Shown here piece after piece: positions 52,372 through 59,746 of a DNA stretch of 64,000 nt. The notes beneath the pieces were generated by a model that was given only the letters and a program-made list of their open reading frames with translations, had not been told where the DNA came from and searched no databases. Every line of letters begins with the position of its first letter. Positions within the stretch are counted from its first letter, which is position 1. The translations under genes and the position numbers were made by a program. Source of the stretch: Candidatus Nealsonbacteria bacterium (GTDB lineage: Bacteria > Patescibacteriota > Minisyncoccia > Minisyncoccales > RBG-13-42-11); assembly GCA_026396115.1 (NCBI GenBank), contig JAPLXL010000005.1:137316-201315 (forward strand), read 5' to 3'.

Positions 52372-53427
52372 ATGAGGAAGCGTTTATTTTTTATTATCTT
52401 AATAATTATGATTGCTGCGATTTCTTTCTGGTTGATTTTTTTGCCAACAGAATCTTTCTCCAAAAAAGAGGTAATTTTTAGCGTGGAAATAGGAGAAGGG
52501 TCAAAAGACATTGCCCTGAACTTGGCAAAAGAAAATTTGATAAGATGGGCGTCAATGTTCAGAGTTTATGTTATGGTAAGAGGAATTGCCGGAGACCTTA
52601 AAGCCGGCCAATACCTATTGTCTCCTTCAATGAATATTCCCCAGATAGCAGAGAAACTTTTTAAGGGCGATGTAATAAAAGAAAAAATTACCATAATTGA
52701 GGGGTGGAGTTTGAGAACCATCGGTTTTTATTTTGAAGACAGGGGAATGTTCCAGGCCGAAGAAGTTTTGGACATGGCTGCCAAAGATTTTTCTGACGAG
52801 TTTGACTTTTTGAAAGATAAGCCAAAGAATTTAGGGTTGGAAGGTTATCTTTTCCCCGACACCTATGAGATAAGAAAAAATGAGAGTTTGGAAAATATCG
52901 TCAAAAAAATGCTAAGCAATTTTGACAGGAAATTAACATCCGATTTAAAGGAAGAAATCAAAAGGCAGCAAAAATCAATTTTTGAAATAGTGACAATGGC
53001 CAGCATCTTGGAAAAAGAAGTCAGAACTGTTGAGGATAAAAAGATTGTCTCCGGAATTTTCTGGAAAAAAATCAATAATGGTGAGCCGTTATATAGTTGT
53101 GCGACAATAGCTTATATTTTAGGAAGAGAAAATTGGACGTTCGAAGAAGATGAATCTTCTTCTCTCTCCCGCGTTGGCGCTTGGACGTTCGAAGAAATGA
53201 GAAGAGAAATTGCTTCGGGAAAAGATATTGATTCGCCTTATAATACATATAAATATCAGGGTCTTCCTCTGGGTCCCATTTCCAACCCCGGGCTTGAAAG
53301 CATAATGGCTACAATCTATCCCGAAGAGAGCGATTACCGGTATTATTTATCCACTCCTGAAGGAGAAACTATTTTTAGTAAAACCTTGGAAGAGCATAAT
53401 ATAGCCAAGGCAAAATATTTTGAGTAG
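52372..53427 (+). CDS. mltG: endolytic murein transglycosylase MltG (YceG-like), carrying a mini-element insertion flanked by a 16-bp target duplication
   Basis: N-terminal TM and YceG domain; the insert peptide EDESSSLSRVGA lies between duplicated WTFEE segments. Confidence 0.75.
   Translation: MRKRLFFIILIIMIAAISFWLIFLPTESFSKKEVIFSVEIGEGSKDIALNLAKENLIRWASMFRVYVMVRGIAGDLKAGQYLLSPSMNIPQIAEKLFKGDVIKEKITIIEGWSLRTIGFYFEDRGMFQAEEVLDMAAKDFSDEFDFLKDKPKNLGLEGYLFPDTYEIRKNESLENIVKKMLSNFDRKLTSDLKEEIKRQQKSIFEIVTMASILEKEVRTVEDKKIVSGIFWKKINNGEPLYSCATIAYILGRENWTFEEDESSSLSRVGAWTFEEMRREIASGKDIDSPYNTYKYQGLPLGPISNPGLESIMATIYPEESDYRYYLSTPEGETIFSKTLEEHNIAKAKYFE
53133..53195. repeat. degenerate mini-element copy in mltG flanked by a perfect 16-bp direct repeat (TTGGACGTTCGAAGAA)
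   Basis: ttggacgttcgaagaa-gatgaatcttcttctctctcccgcgttggcgc-ttggacgttcgaagaa. Confidence 0.7.
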
Positions 53428-53490
53428 GCGAAGAGGATAAATCCTCTTCTTCACTTTCACTTTCACTTTCGCTACGCGAAAGCTCGGTAA
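53427..53490. repeat. mini-element copy ending at the DJ-1 start codon, containing a (CACTTT)3 micro-expansion
   Basis: ggcgaagaggataaatcctcttcttcactttcactttcactttcgctacgcgaaagctcggtaa. Confidence 0.75.
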
Positions 53491-54036
53491 ATGCCAAACT
53501 TACAAGAGAAAAAAATTGCGATAATCATTGCCTTTCGGGATTTTCGGGACGAAGAATATTTTACTCCAAGAGAAATTTTAGAGAAAGCCGGGACTGAAAT
53601 AAAAACCGTCTCAAACAAAATTGGAACTGCTATTGGCGCCGATGGGGGAGAAGTTGAGATTGACTTTTTAGTTTCTGAATTAAATTCGGCTGATTTTGAT
53701 GCAGTGATTTTTATTGGCGGGTCGGGATGCCTGAAAAATCTTGATAATGAAGATTCATACAAGATAGCGAGAGAAGCGGTCTCTCAAGATAAAGTTCTGG
53801 GAGCTATTTGTATTGCGCCAACAATTTTAGCCAAAGCCGGAGTCCTGTCCGGCAAAAAAGCGACGGTCTGGACAAGCCCGATGGATAAGTCAGCCGTTAA
53901 AATTTTAAAAGACAATGGAGCGGTTTTTGAGGATAATCCGGTGGTGGCAGACGGAAAAATTATTACGGGTTCTGGCCCTGAATCCGCCGAAGAATTTGCC
54001 ATGAAAATCATTGGACTCGAAGGTGAAATGAATTGA
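53491..54036 (+). CDS. DJ-1/PfpI family protein (class I glutamine amidotransferase-like)
   Basis: FDAVIFIGGSGC...AICIAPTILAKAGVLSGKKATVW nucleophile-elbow pattern. Confidence 0.75.
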   Translation: MPNLQEKKIAIIIAFRDFRDEEYFTPREILEKAGTEIKTVSNKIGTAIGADGGEVEIDFLVSELNSADFDAVIFIGGSGCLKNLDNEDSYKIAREAVSQDKVLGAICIAPTILAKAGVLSGKKATVWTSPMDKSAVKILKDNGAVFEDNPVVADGKIITGSGPESAEEFAMKIIGLEGEMN

Positions 54037-54080
54037 AAATTCATTGAGCTCTTGACAGGAATTTAAATTGATATAATATT
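54027..54080 (+). promoter_or_regulatory. 7-5-7 palindrome AATGAAT-TGAAA-ATTCATT abutting the -35 of the rplJ promoter (TTGACA ... TAATAT)
   Basis: Palindrome at 54027-54045 overlaps the stop of the upstream gene; TTGACA at 54053-54058; TAATAT at 54075-54080 (16-nt spacer). Confidence 0.45.
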
Positions 54081-54087
54081 AAAACAT

Positions 54088-54195
54088 ATCCGCAGACAAC
54101 AGGTAGCTTATTGAGCGTAAAACCTGTCTAGGAAAAATACACGGGTCCGACTCGTGCAAATTGGTTGTCTGCGGGAAACGCAGATTTTTTATTAC
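54088..54195 (+). ncRNA. putative ribosomal protein L10 (rplJ) autoregulatory leader
   Basis: About 110-nt 5' UTR with a long-range stem ccgcagacaacc...ggttgtctgcgg and an internal hairpin, directly upstream of rplJ. Confidence 0.4.
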
Positions 54196-54199
54196 CACC

Positions 54200-54712
54200 A
54201 TGGCATTGAATAAGGCGCAAAAACAAAAAATAATTGATGACTTAAAAGATAAAATTGCCAGACAAAAAGCAATGGTTTTAGTTGGCATTACCGGCTTGAA
54301 AGTAAAAGACATTTCCGATTTAAGAAAGAAATTAAAGGCAAATGATGGCAATCTGAAAGTGGCTAAAAAAACCTTAATAGAAAGAGCTTTCAAGGAGAGC
54401 AAATTAGAATTTGATAAAAACAAATACAAAGAGGAAGTAGCTCTAGCTTTTGGTTTTAAAGATGAAATTTCTCCGGCAAAAATCGTTTATCAATTCGGTC
54501 TCGCCAGCGGAAATCTGAAAATTTTGGCCGGATTTCTTGAAGGAAAATTCAAAGAGGCGGAAGAAATAATTGCTTTAGCCCAGCTTCCGGCAAAAGAAGA
54601 GCTTTTGGCAAAATTGGTGCGGAGCATAGCTTCGCCAATTTCGGGATTAGTCAATGTTTTACAAGGAAACATTAAAGGTCTGATAACTGTTTTGGCAAAA
54701 GCCAAAACGTAA
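54200..54712 (+). CDS. rplJ: 50S ribosomal protein L10
   Basis: MALNKAQKQKIIDDLKDKIARQKAMVLVGITGLKVKDISDLRKKLK; the start was chosen at the Met after the leader. Confidence 0.85.
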   Translation: MALNKAQKQKIIDDLKDKIARQKAMVLVGITGLKVKDISDLRKKLKANDGNLKVAKKTLIERAFKESKLEFDKNKYKEEVALAFGFKDEISPAKIVYQFGLASGNLKILAGFLEGKFKEAEEIIALAQLPAKEELLAKLVRSIASPISGLVNVLQGNIKGLITVLAKAKT

Positions 54713-54720
54713 ATTTTTAA

Positions 54721-54780
54721 TTACCGAGCTTTCGCGTAGCGAAAGCGAAGGTGAAGAAGAGGACGAAGTCCTCTTCGCCA
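54721..54780. repeat. mini-element copy (intergenic, rplJ-rplL), near-consensus
   Basis: ttaccgagctttcgcgtagcgaaagcgaaggtgaagaagaggacgaagtcctcttcgcca. Confidence 0.8.
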
Positions 54781-54796
54781 TCTAATTTTTAAACTT

Positions 54797-55252
54797 ATGA
54801 CAGAAGAAAAAAAAGAAGAAAAAAAAGAAGAAAAAAAGGAAGAAGTTAAAGAAGTGAAGATTCCGGAAAAGTTCAAAAAACTGGTTGATGAGATTGGAAA
54901 AATGTCAGTTTTAGATTTGGCTGAATTGGTTAAGGTTTTGGAAAAGAAATTCGGAGTATCGGCCGCAGCTCCGGTAGCTGCAGTTCCTACCGCTCCCGCT
55001 GCTGGCCCTGCTGCTTCGGCTGCTGAAGAAAAAAGCGTCTTCAATATTGAATTGACAGTTGTTGGTGATAAAAAGATTGAAGTGATTAAAGTAGTTAGAG
55101 ATATTGCTGGCAAAGGATTGAAAGAAGCCAAGGATTTAGTTGACGCTGCAGCTTCAAGCCCTCAAATGGTGAAAGAAAACGTCAAGAAAGAAGAAGCAGA
55201 GGATATGAAAAAGAAGTTTGAGGCAGCCGGCGCCAAAGTGGAATTGAAGTAA
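54797..55252 (+). CDS. rplL: 50S ribosomal protein L7/L12
   Basis: Ala/Pro-rich hinge ([19 protein letters not shown]) and C-terminal [20 protein letters not shown]...KVELK. Confidence 0.9.
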   Translation: MTEEKKEEKKEEKKEEVKEVKIPEKFKKLVDEIGKMSVLDLAELVKVLEKKFGVSAAAPVAAVPTAPAAGPAASAAEEKSVFNIELTVVGDKKIEVIKVVRDIAGKGLKEAKDLVDAAASSPQMVKENVKKEEAEDMKKKFEAAGAKVELK

Positions 55253-55329
55253 ATAAATATAATAAGAGAACGGGGTAGATTAAAACCCCGTTTTCTTTTA
55301 GTATTAACTTGGATTTTACGTTGAACTTG

Positions 55330-55358
55330 TTGACAACTTTAAATTTTAAATTTATTAT
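55330..55358 (+). promoter_or_regulatory. sigma70-like promoter (TTGACA-17-TATTAT) for the MazG-like gene
   Basis: tgttgacaactttaaattttaaatttattat; the predicted +1 coincides with the start of the 27-bp direct repeat. Confidence 0.4.
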
Positions 55359-55362
55359 AAAG

Positions 55363-55390
55363 TTGCAAATTTTGTCGGAAACATACGATA
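55363..55390 (+). repeat. 27-bp direct repeat, copy 1 (ttgcaaattttgtcggaaacatacgata) at the 5' end of the MazG-like transcript
   Basis: 21-bp identical core aaattttgtcggaaacatacg shared with 55759-55786. Confidence 0.75.
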
Positions 55391-55416
55391 CATAAATAGA
55401 CGAAGAAGTGAAAAAT

Positions 55417-55755
55417 ATGAAACTAAACGAATATCAAAAACTTTGTAAAAGAACTGCCAAGAAATTCAACAGTAAAGAAAAAGAGATATTCACTTTGGGT
55501 CTGGGAATTGCAGGAGAATCAGGGGATGTCGCTGGTTGTATTAAAAAGACGTTTTCACATGGCGATAATCAAAAGAATGGAATAAGAGAGAATTTAGGCG
55601 ATACCATGTGGTACGTGGCGATGATTTGCGATTTCTTCGGTTGGAAGTTAGAGGATATTATGAAGGAAAATATTGAAAAGCTTAAAAAAAGACACCCCAA
55701 AGGTTTTTCTGAAAAAACTGCCAAAAAGGACAAGAGAAAAGACTGGAATGAATAA
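55417..55755 (+). CDS. MazG-like NTP pyrophosphohydrolase (small all-alpha type); alternative GTG start at 55408
   Basis: EYQKLCKRTA...LGLGIAGESGDVAG...LGDTMWYVAMICDFFGW resembles the MazG/HisE-like EExxE/D and WY motifs. Confidence 0.55.
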   Translation: MKLNEYQKLCKRTAKKFNSKEKEIFTLGLGIAGESGDVAGCIKKTFSHGDNQKNGIRENLGDTMWYVAMICDFFGWKLEDIMKENIEKLKKRHPKGFSEKTAKKDKRKDWNE

Positions 55756-55758
55756 ATA

Positions 55759-55786
55759 TTGTAAATTTTGTCGGAAACATACGGTA
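55759..55786 (+). repeat. 27-bp direct repeat, copy 2, upstream of upp
   Basis: ttgtaaattttgtcggaaacatacggta. Confidence 0.75.
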
Positions 55787-55787
55787 G

Positions 55788-55835
55788 TCGAAGAGATAAA
55801 TCTCTTCTTCACCTTTCATTGCGATTCGGGTACAT
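55788..55835. repeat. mini-element copy (intergenic, upstream of upp)
   Basis: gtcgaagagataaatctcttcttcacctttcattgcgattcgggtaca. Confidence 0.65.
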
Positions 55836-55876
55836 AAAGAAAATTAGTTCTTTTAATTAAAAAGGAGGTGATAGAT

Positions 55877-56503
55877 ATGGGTGTCTATGTAATTAAACAT
55901 CCCTTAGTAGTGGACAAAGTTAATACGCTCAGACGTATTAAACTCAGCACAGAGGAATTCCGAGAAACTTCTAAAGAGTTAACGACTTTACTGATATATG
56001 AAGCTACCCGGGATTTATGCTTAAAAAAGAGAAGAATCAAGTATTGGTTGGGTTACGGAAGTTTTTCTTTTCTGCCCGGTAAGAAACTTGTCATAATTCC
56101 TATCTTGAGAGCTGGAATTGGAATGCTAGCAGGCGCATTTCAAATTACTCCTGGACTAAAGGCAGGATTTATCGGACTTTACCGAGACCATCAGACATTA
56201 AAGGCTATCCAGTATTATGTGAATCTGCCAAACAAAATGAATGAAAAAATAGCTTTTATTTTAGATCCAATGTTGGCTACGGGGAATAGCTTGGTGGCAG
56301 CCGTAAATATTGTTAAAGGTGCGGGCTGTAAAGATATCCGGGCGATCTGCTTTGTAGCTGCTCCTGAGGGATTAAAACAGCTGACAAAAAAACATCCAGA
56401 CCTAAAAATTTACGTAGCGGCAATAGATGAAAAGTTAAATGACATTGGTTATATTGTCCCCGGTCTAGGGGATGCCGGAGATAGGATGCTCGGAGTCAAA
56501 TGA
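55877..56503 (+). CDS. upp: uracil phosphoribosyltransferase (AAGGAGG RBS, moderately elevated GC)
   Basis: VIKHPLVVDKVNTLR...ILRAGIGM...ILDPMLATGNS PRPP-binding motif ...YIVPGLGDAGDRMLG. Confidence 0.85.
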   Translation: MGVYVIKHPLVVDKVNTLRRIKLSTEEFRETSKELTTLLIYEATRDLCLKKRRIKYWLGYGSFSFLPGKKLVIIPILRAGIGMLAGAFQITPGLKAGFIGLYRDHQTLKAIQYYVNLPNKMNEKIAFILDPMLATGNSLVAAVNIVKGAGCKDIRAICFVAAPEGLKQLTKKHPDLKIYVAAIDEKLNDIGYIVPGLGDAGDRMLGVK

Positions 56504-56560
56504 ATTAATTAATATAAAACAAAAAAGAGGGTTAAATTTATTTTCTAACCCTCTTTTTAT

Positions 56561-57049
56561 TTATTTTTCTTTTGGAATAAGATTCTCAAAAGGAAATTTC
56601 ACCCAGACCTTCCCTATTTTCTTTACAATGAAATCCGGTTTAAATTCAGAACCGGATTTCTCAAAAATCACAGCTGTTGAAAGTTTTTCTATTTTTTCTC
56701 CATATTTCTTTTTTAAGAAACGAACTGATTCCTTAAGTGTTCTTCCGGAATCTACTAAATCATCTGTTAAAAGACACCGTTTGCCGATGCTTTTAGTCGT
56801 CATTACTAAATTCCTTGAAAAGATTATAGTTTCTTCCTTAGAACGCCTATTGTAACTCTGAGCAGCCATAACAGCTAAGGGAATATCTCCTAATCCGAAA
56901 CTGAAAAATAAACCAGGTACAGTTCCTCCTCTTGATATTCCAATTACCATGTCAAATTCTTCTCCAGAACGACGAACTTTTTCTAACAGTTTTCGCAATA
57001 GTTCTATGTATTTTTTCCAGGAAATCTTTATCTCCTTTTTTGTTTTCAA
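56561..57049 (-). CDS. type I phosphoribosyltransferase (purine PRTase-like)
   Basis: PRPP motif CLLTDDLVDSGRTL; about 160 aa. Confidence 0.55.
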   Translation of the reverse strand: MKTKKEIKISWKKYIELLRKLLEKVRRSGEEFDMVIGISRGGTVPGLFFSFGLGDIPLAVMAAQSYNRRSKEETIIFSRNLVMTTKSIGKRCLLTDDLVDSGRTLKESVRFLKKKYGEKIEKLSTAVIFEKSGSEFKPDFIVKKIGKVWVKFPFENLIPKEK

Positions 57050-57075
57050 AGTTCACACCTCCTTTTTTGAAAATA

Positions 57076-58005
57076 TTAACCAAATAATTTTCCTTGATTG
57101 TTTAATTTGATTTTCTTCCTCTGCCGGCTTTCTCGCTCCTGAACAACTGGCCTTATTTTTTTAAAAGCATCTTCCATGGCCCGATAAATTCTGTCTTTTC
57201 TCCCTTCCTCTAAATACTTTGACAATTTAGCTAAACGCTGAATTTCCCGGGACTTTACTCTTTTTAGATAAGGCATAACTTTTATGGATAAAAGTCCGGC
57301 CAAAAGATTGTTTTTGCCTCCGGAAATTTCACTGACGATTCGCTTTAATCTTTCGTTTTTTACTCCTTCTTGCAGTTCCTTTAAAAATTTAGCTAGTCTT
57401 TGATAAACCAAGACAAAAATCCTCTCTATTCTAAGCTTTTCCTCAATCAATTTCCGGGTTCTTAATATTATCCCCCAATTTATTTCTTCAATTTCATTTA
57501 ATCTTTCGAATAAATCAACCGTAGCTTTACTAGTTTCAATTGGCACTTTTCCAGATTTTCCCCCCTTTTTATTCTTAAGCGGTGGTATCTGCTTCAATCT
57601 TGTTTGGGCTTTTGCTTTAAATTTATTGGTCACCCGACCAATTTCTGCCTGACATTTTTGAAAAGATAAGCGAATAGAGTATTGTTCTGCTTGGCTTAGT
57701 TCCTGGGGCTCTAAAAATTTAGCAGTAACTTCTTGAAGGATTTTGATTACTTTACTTAATTCCTGAATCTCTCCTGGCAGGAGCAGCTTTTCTTTTCCAA
57801 TTTGAACACTCAATCCCTGATATTGATCAATTATGTGTGTTCCTTGCCTTATGGCATCATTAATATCCTGGAGAACATTTTCAATTGAATTTGGTTTTTC
57901 GCCCCAAAAAATTCGTAGCTTCCCTTCTTTATCAACTAAGATTTTCCGGCTGATTCTCTGAACTATTTCAAAATCAACTTTCAAGTTCTTCATTTTAATC
58001 ATCAC
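57076..58005 (-). CDS. hypothetical protein, co-directional with and upstream of the PRTase
   Basis: ORF only. Confidence 0.3.
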   Translation of the reverse strand: MMIKMKNLKVDFEIVQRISRKILVDKEGKLRIFWGEKPNSIENVLQDINDAIRQGTHIIDQYQGLSVQIGKEKLLLPGEIQELSKVIKILQEVTAKFLEPQELSQAEQYSIRLSFQKCQAEIGRVTNKFKAKAQTRLKQIPPLKNKKGGKSGKVPIETSKATVDLFERLNEIEEINWGIILRTRKLIEEKLRIERIFVLVYQRLAKFLKELQEGVKNERLKRIVSEISGGKNNLLAGLLSIKVMPYLKRVKSREIQRLAKLSKYLEEGRKDRIYRAMEDAFKKIRPVVQERESRQRKKIKLNNQGKLFG

Positions 58006-58055
58006 CTTCCTTAAATAATATTTTTTAAAAAACTGATATTAACTATAAAAGATAT

Positions 58056-58718
58056 TTGGCTAATTGTCAATTTTTTGATAGAATAAAATATATGACAACC
58101 TATACGTTTATTGATGCTTCAAATCTTTTTTATGGCGGAGAGAAAAGCTTGGGATGGAAAATAGATTATCAAAAACTTCTCAACTATTTGAAAGAGAAGT
58201 ATTTGATATCCAAAGCTTTGTATTTCGGTGGGGTTGAAATACGTAATTTTGAATTTAACTACCTTGAAAATGAAACAGTTCCTATTTATGAACTTGAAAA
58301 ATATTTAGTCGACGTAATTAAAAATAAAGCAAATAAATTAAACGAAGCAGAATTATTACTTATCGGGCGCCATTTGCAAAGAGTGCGTTTTTACTTGAAG
58401 TTAAAAGAATTTGGTTATGAATTACATCTTAAGCCGGTAAAATTATATGAACAAGAAGATGGAACAACAAGAAGGAAAGCCAATTGTGATGTTGAGATGA
58501 CTTTCTATCTAATGAAAGAGAAAGATAATTTTGACCGCGCTATTATTTTATCTGGCGATGGGGACTTCTTGCCAGTTTTAAAGCATTTAAGAAATCAAGG
58601 GAGAGAAATTATTATATTAGCCCGTGGTCCACGAACCGCAAAAGAGATACGCCAATTCGCTGCTGCTAAGTTCAGAGATTTTGAATATTTGAAATATAGA
58701 TTAAAGTACGAAGAATAA
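58056..58718 (+). CDS. NYN-domain (LabA-like, PIN-related) protein
   Basis: FIDASNLFYGG...CDVEMTFYLM...ILSGDGDFLPVL pattern of acidic residues typical of NYN/LabA nucleases. Confidence 0.6.
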   Translation: MANCQFFDRIKYMTTYTFIDASNLFYGGEKSLGWKIDYQKLLNYLKEKYLISKALYFGGVEIRNFEFNYLENETVPIYELEKYLVDVIKNKANKLNEAELLLIGRHLQRVRFYLKLKEFGYELHLKPVKLYEQEDGTTRRKANCDVEMTFYLMKEKDNFDRAIILSGDGDFLPVLKHLRNQGREIIILARGPRTAKEIRQFAAAKFRDFEYLKYRLKYEE

Positions 58719-58904
58719 AATTCTTCGCCATCTACGCTAACGCTTGATAATGGAAGAAAAGTAAAAGGAGCGGACTCATATAGAATCCACTCCACGTTTA
58801 GTGGCTTTATATTAGCAGTTTAATAAAAGCTTGTCAAGAGATTATAGCATCTGGACATCTAATATAAATTCTTTGTTGAAAGAAGCTTTAACTTAAAAAT
58901 CAAA

Positions 58905-58946
58905 AACAAGTTTGAAGCGGCCGGCGCAAAAGTGGAATTGAAGTAG
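58905..58946 (+). pseudogene. relic of the rplL 3' end (~88% identical over 42 bp to 55211-55252)
   Basis: aacaagtttgaagcggccggcgcaaaagtggaattgaagtag versus aagaagtttgaggcagccggcgccaaagtggaattgaagtaa. Confidence 0.4.
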
Positions 58947-59021
58947 AAATTCTGTTAAACTAAAATAGTTTCTGATTAAAAGGTTGAAATTTTGTTAAGG
59001 GTATAAAAATAATTTTAAAAA

Positions 59022-59573
59022 ATGAAAAAAATTTTTAGTATTATTCTTGGTTTAGCGGTTTTATTTAGTATTTTATCCTTGCCAGTTGCGACCCGAGCGG
59101 TTTCCAGCACCTCATCGGCGCAGGAATTCATTACTTCTCTTCAGGAGCAAATTACCAGATTAAGGGCCCAAGTTACAGATTTAAATGTTCAATTAGAATC
59201 ATTAAGACAAGCAAAGGGCGAAGTAAAAGAAACGGCAAAAGATGTAAAAGGAACGCTTCAACTTATAAAACAGTTGAGAGTAGGCATGACCGGAGATGAT
59301 GTTAAAATATTACAGGAATTCCTGGCTACCGACCCCGAAGTTTATTCTGAAGGTCTTATCACCGGTTATTTTGGTCCTATGACAGAAAGGGCGGTTCAAA
59401 AACTTCAAAAAAGAATGTGTCTTGACCAAGTGGGGAATGTGGGGCCAAAAACAATGTGGAGAATAAATGAGTTGCTTACAGAAGGAGCGGGTTCTTCAGG
59501 CAAAGTTCCACCGGGACTTTTAAGGGCGCCCGGTATCCAGAAAAAACTTTGCGCAACCTCAACCCCGCAGTAA
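59022..59573 (+). CDS. secreted protein with a coiled-coil N-terminal region and a peptidoglycan-binding (PGBD1-like) domain
   Basis: Signal peptide; MTGDDVKILQEFLATDPEVYSEGLITGYFGPMTERAVQKLQK matches PG_binding_1 repeats. Confidence 0.55.
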   Translation: MKKIFSIILGLAVLFSILSLPVATRAVSSTSSAQEFITSLQEQITRLRAQVTDLNVQLESLRQAKGEVKETAKDVKGTLQLIKQLRVGMTGDDVKILQEFLATDPEVYSEGLITGYFGPMTERAVQKLQKRMCLDQVGNVGPKTMWRINELLTEGAGSSGKVPPGLLRAPGIQKKLCATSTPQ

Positions 59574-59746
59574 GCTCCTCTGATTAGGTCAGTAAACTTA
59601 AAATAGGTAGGACATATAGACATACAGAGGGTAGGACATTTATCAATTGACTTGACCTATCTTATTAATAAGCGTACAATAGAAAATCAATTCAGTGCTA
59701 AAAATTACTGAAATAAAAAACAAAGTTAAGATTAAATATTTTTTTT

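Noticed and set aside
54721-55131. Minus-strand 136-aa ORF
   Set aside because: Antisense to rplL (highly conserved L7/L12). Ala/Ser-rich reverse-frame artefact.
56472-56855. Plus-strand 127-aa ORF after upp
   Set aside because: Overlaps the minus-strand PRTase gene, which has a clear PRPP-binding motif. No RBS or start context.
56561-58718. PRTase plus upstream unknown gene plus NYN-domain protein as a possible defence module
   Set aside because: The PRTase looks like an ordinary small purine-salvage enzyme next to upp. There is no nuclease/ATPase partner or other defence hallmark. The functional link is speculative.
2584-58740. The possibility that the recurring ~50-bp repeats constitute a CRISPR array
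   Set aside because: Copies are dispersed over 56 kb and in both orientations, with no regular spacing or uniform spacers. Many lie inside genes. No cas genes are present. The structure is that of a dispersed palindromic mini-element.
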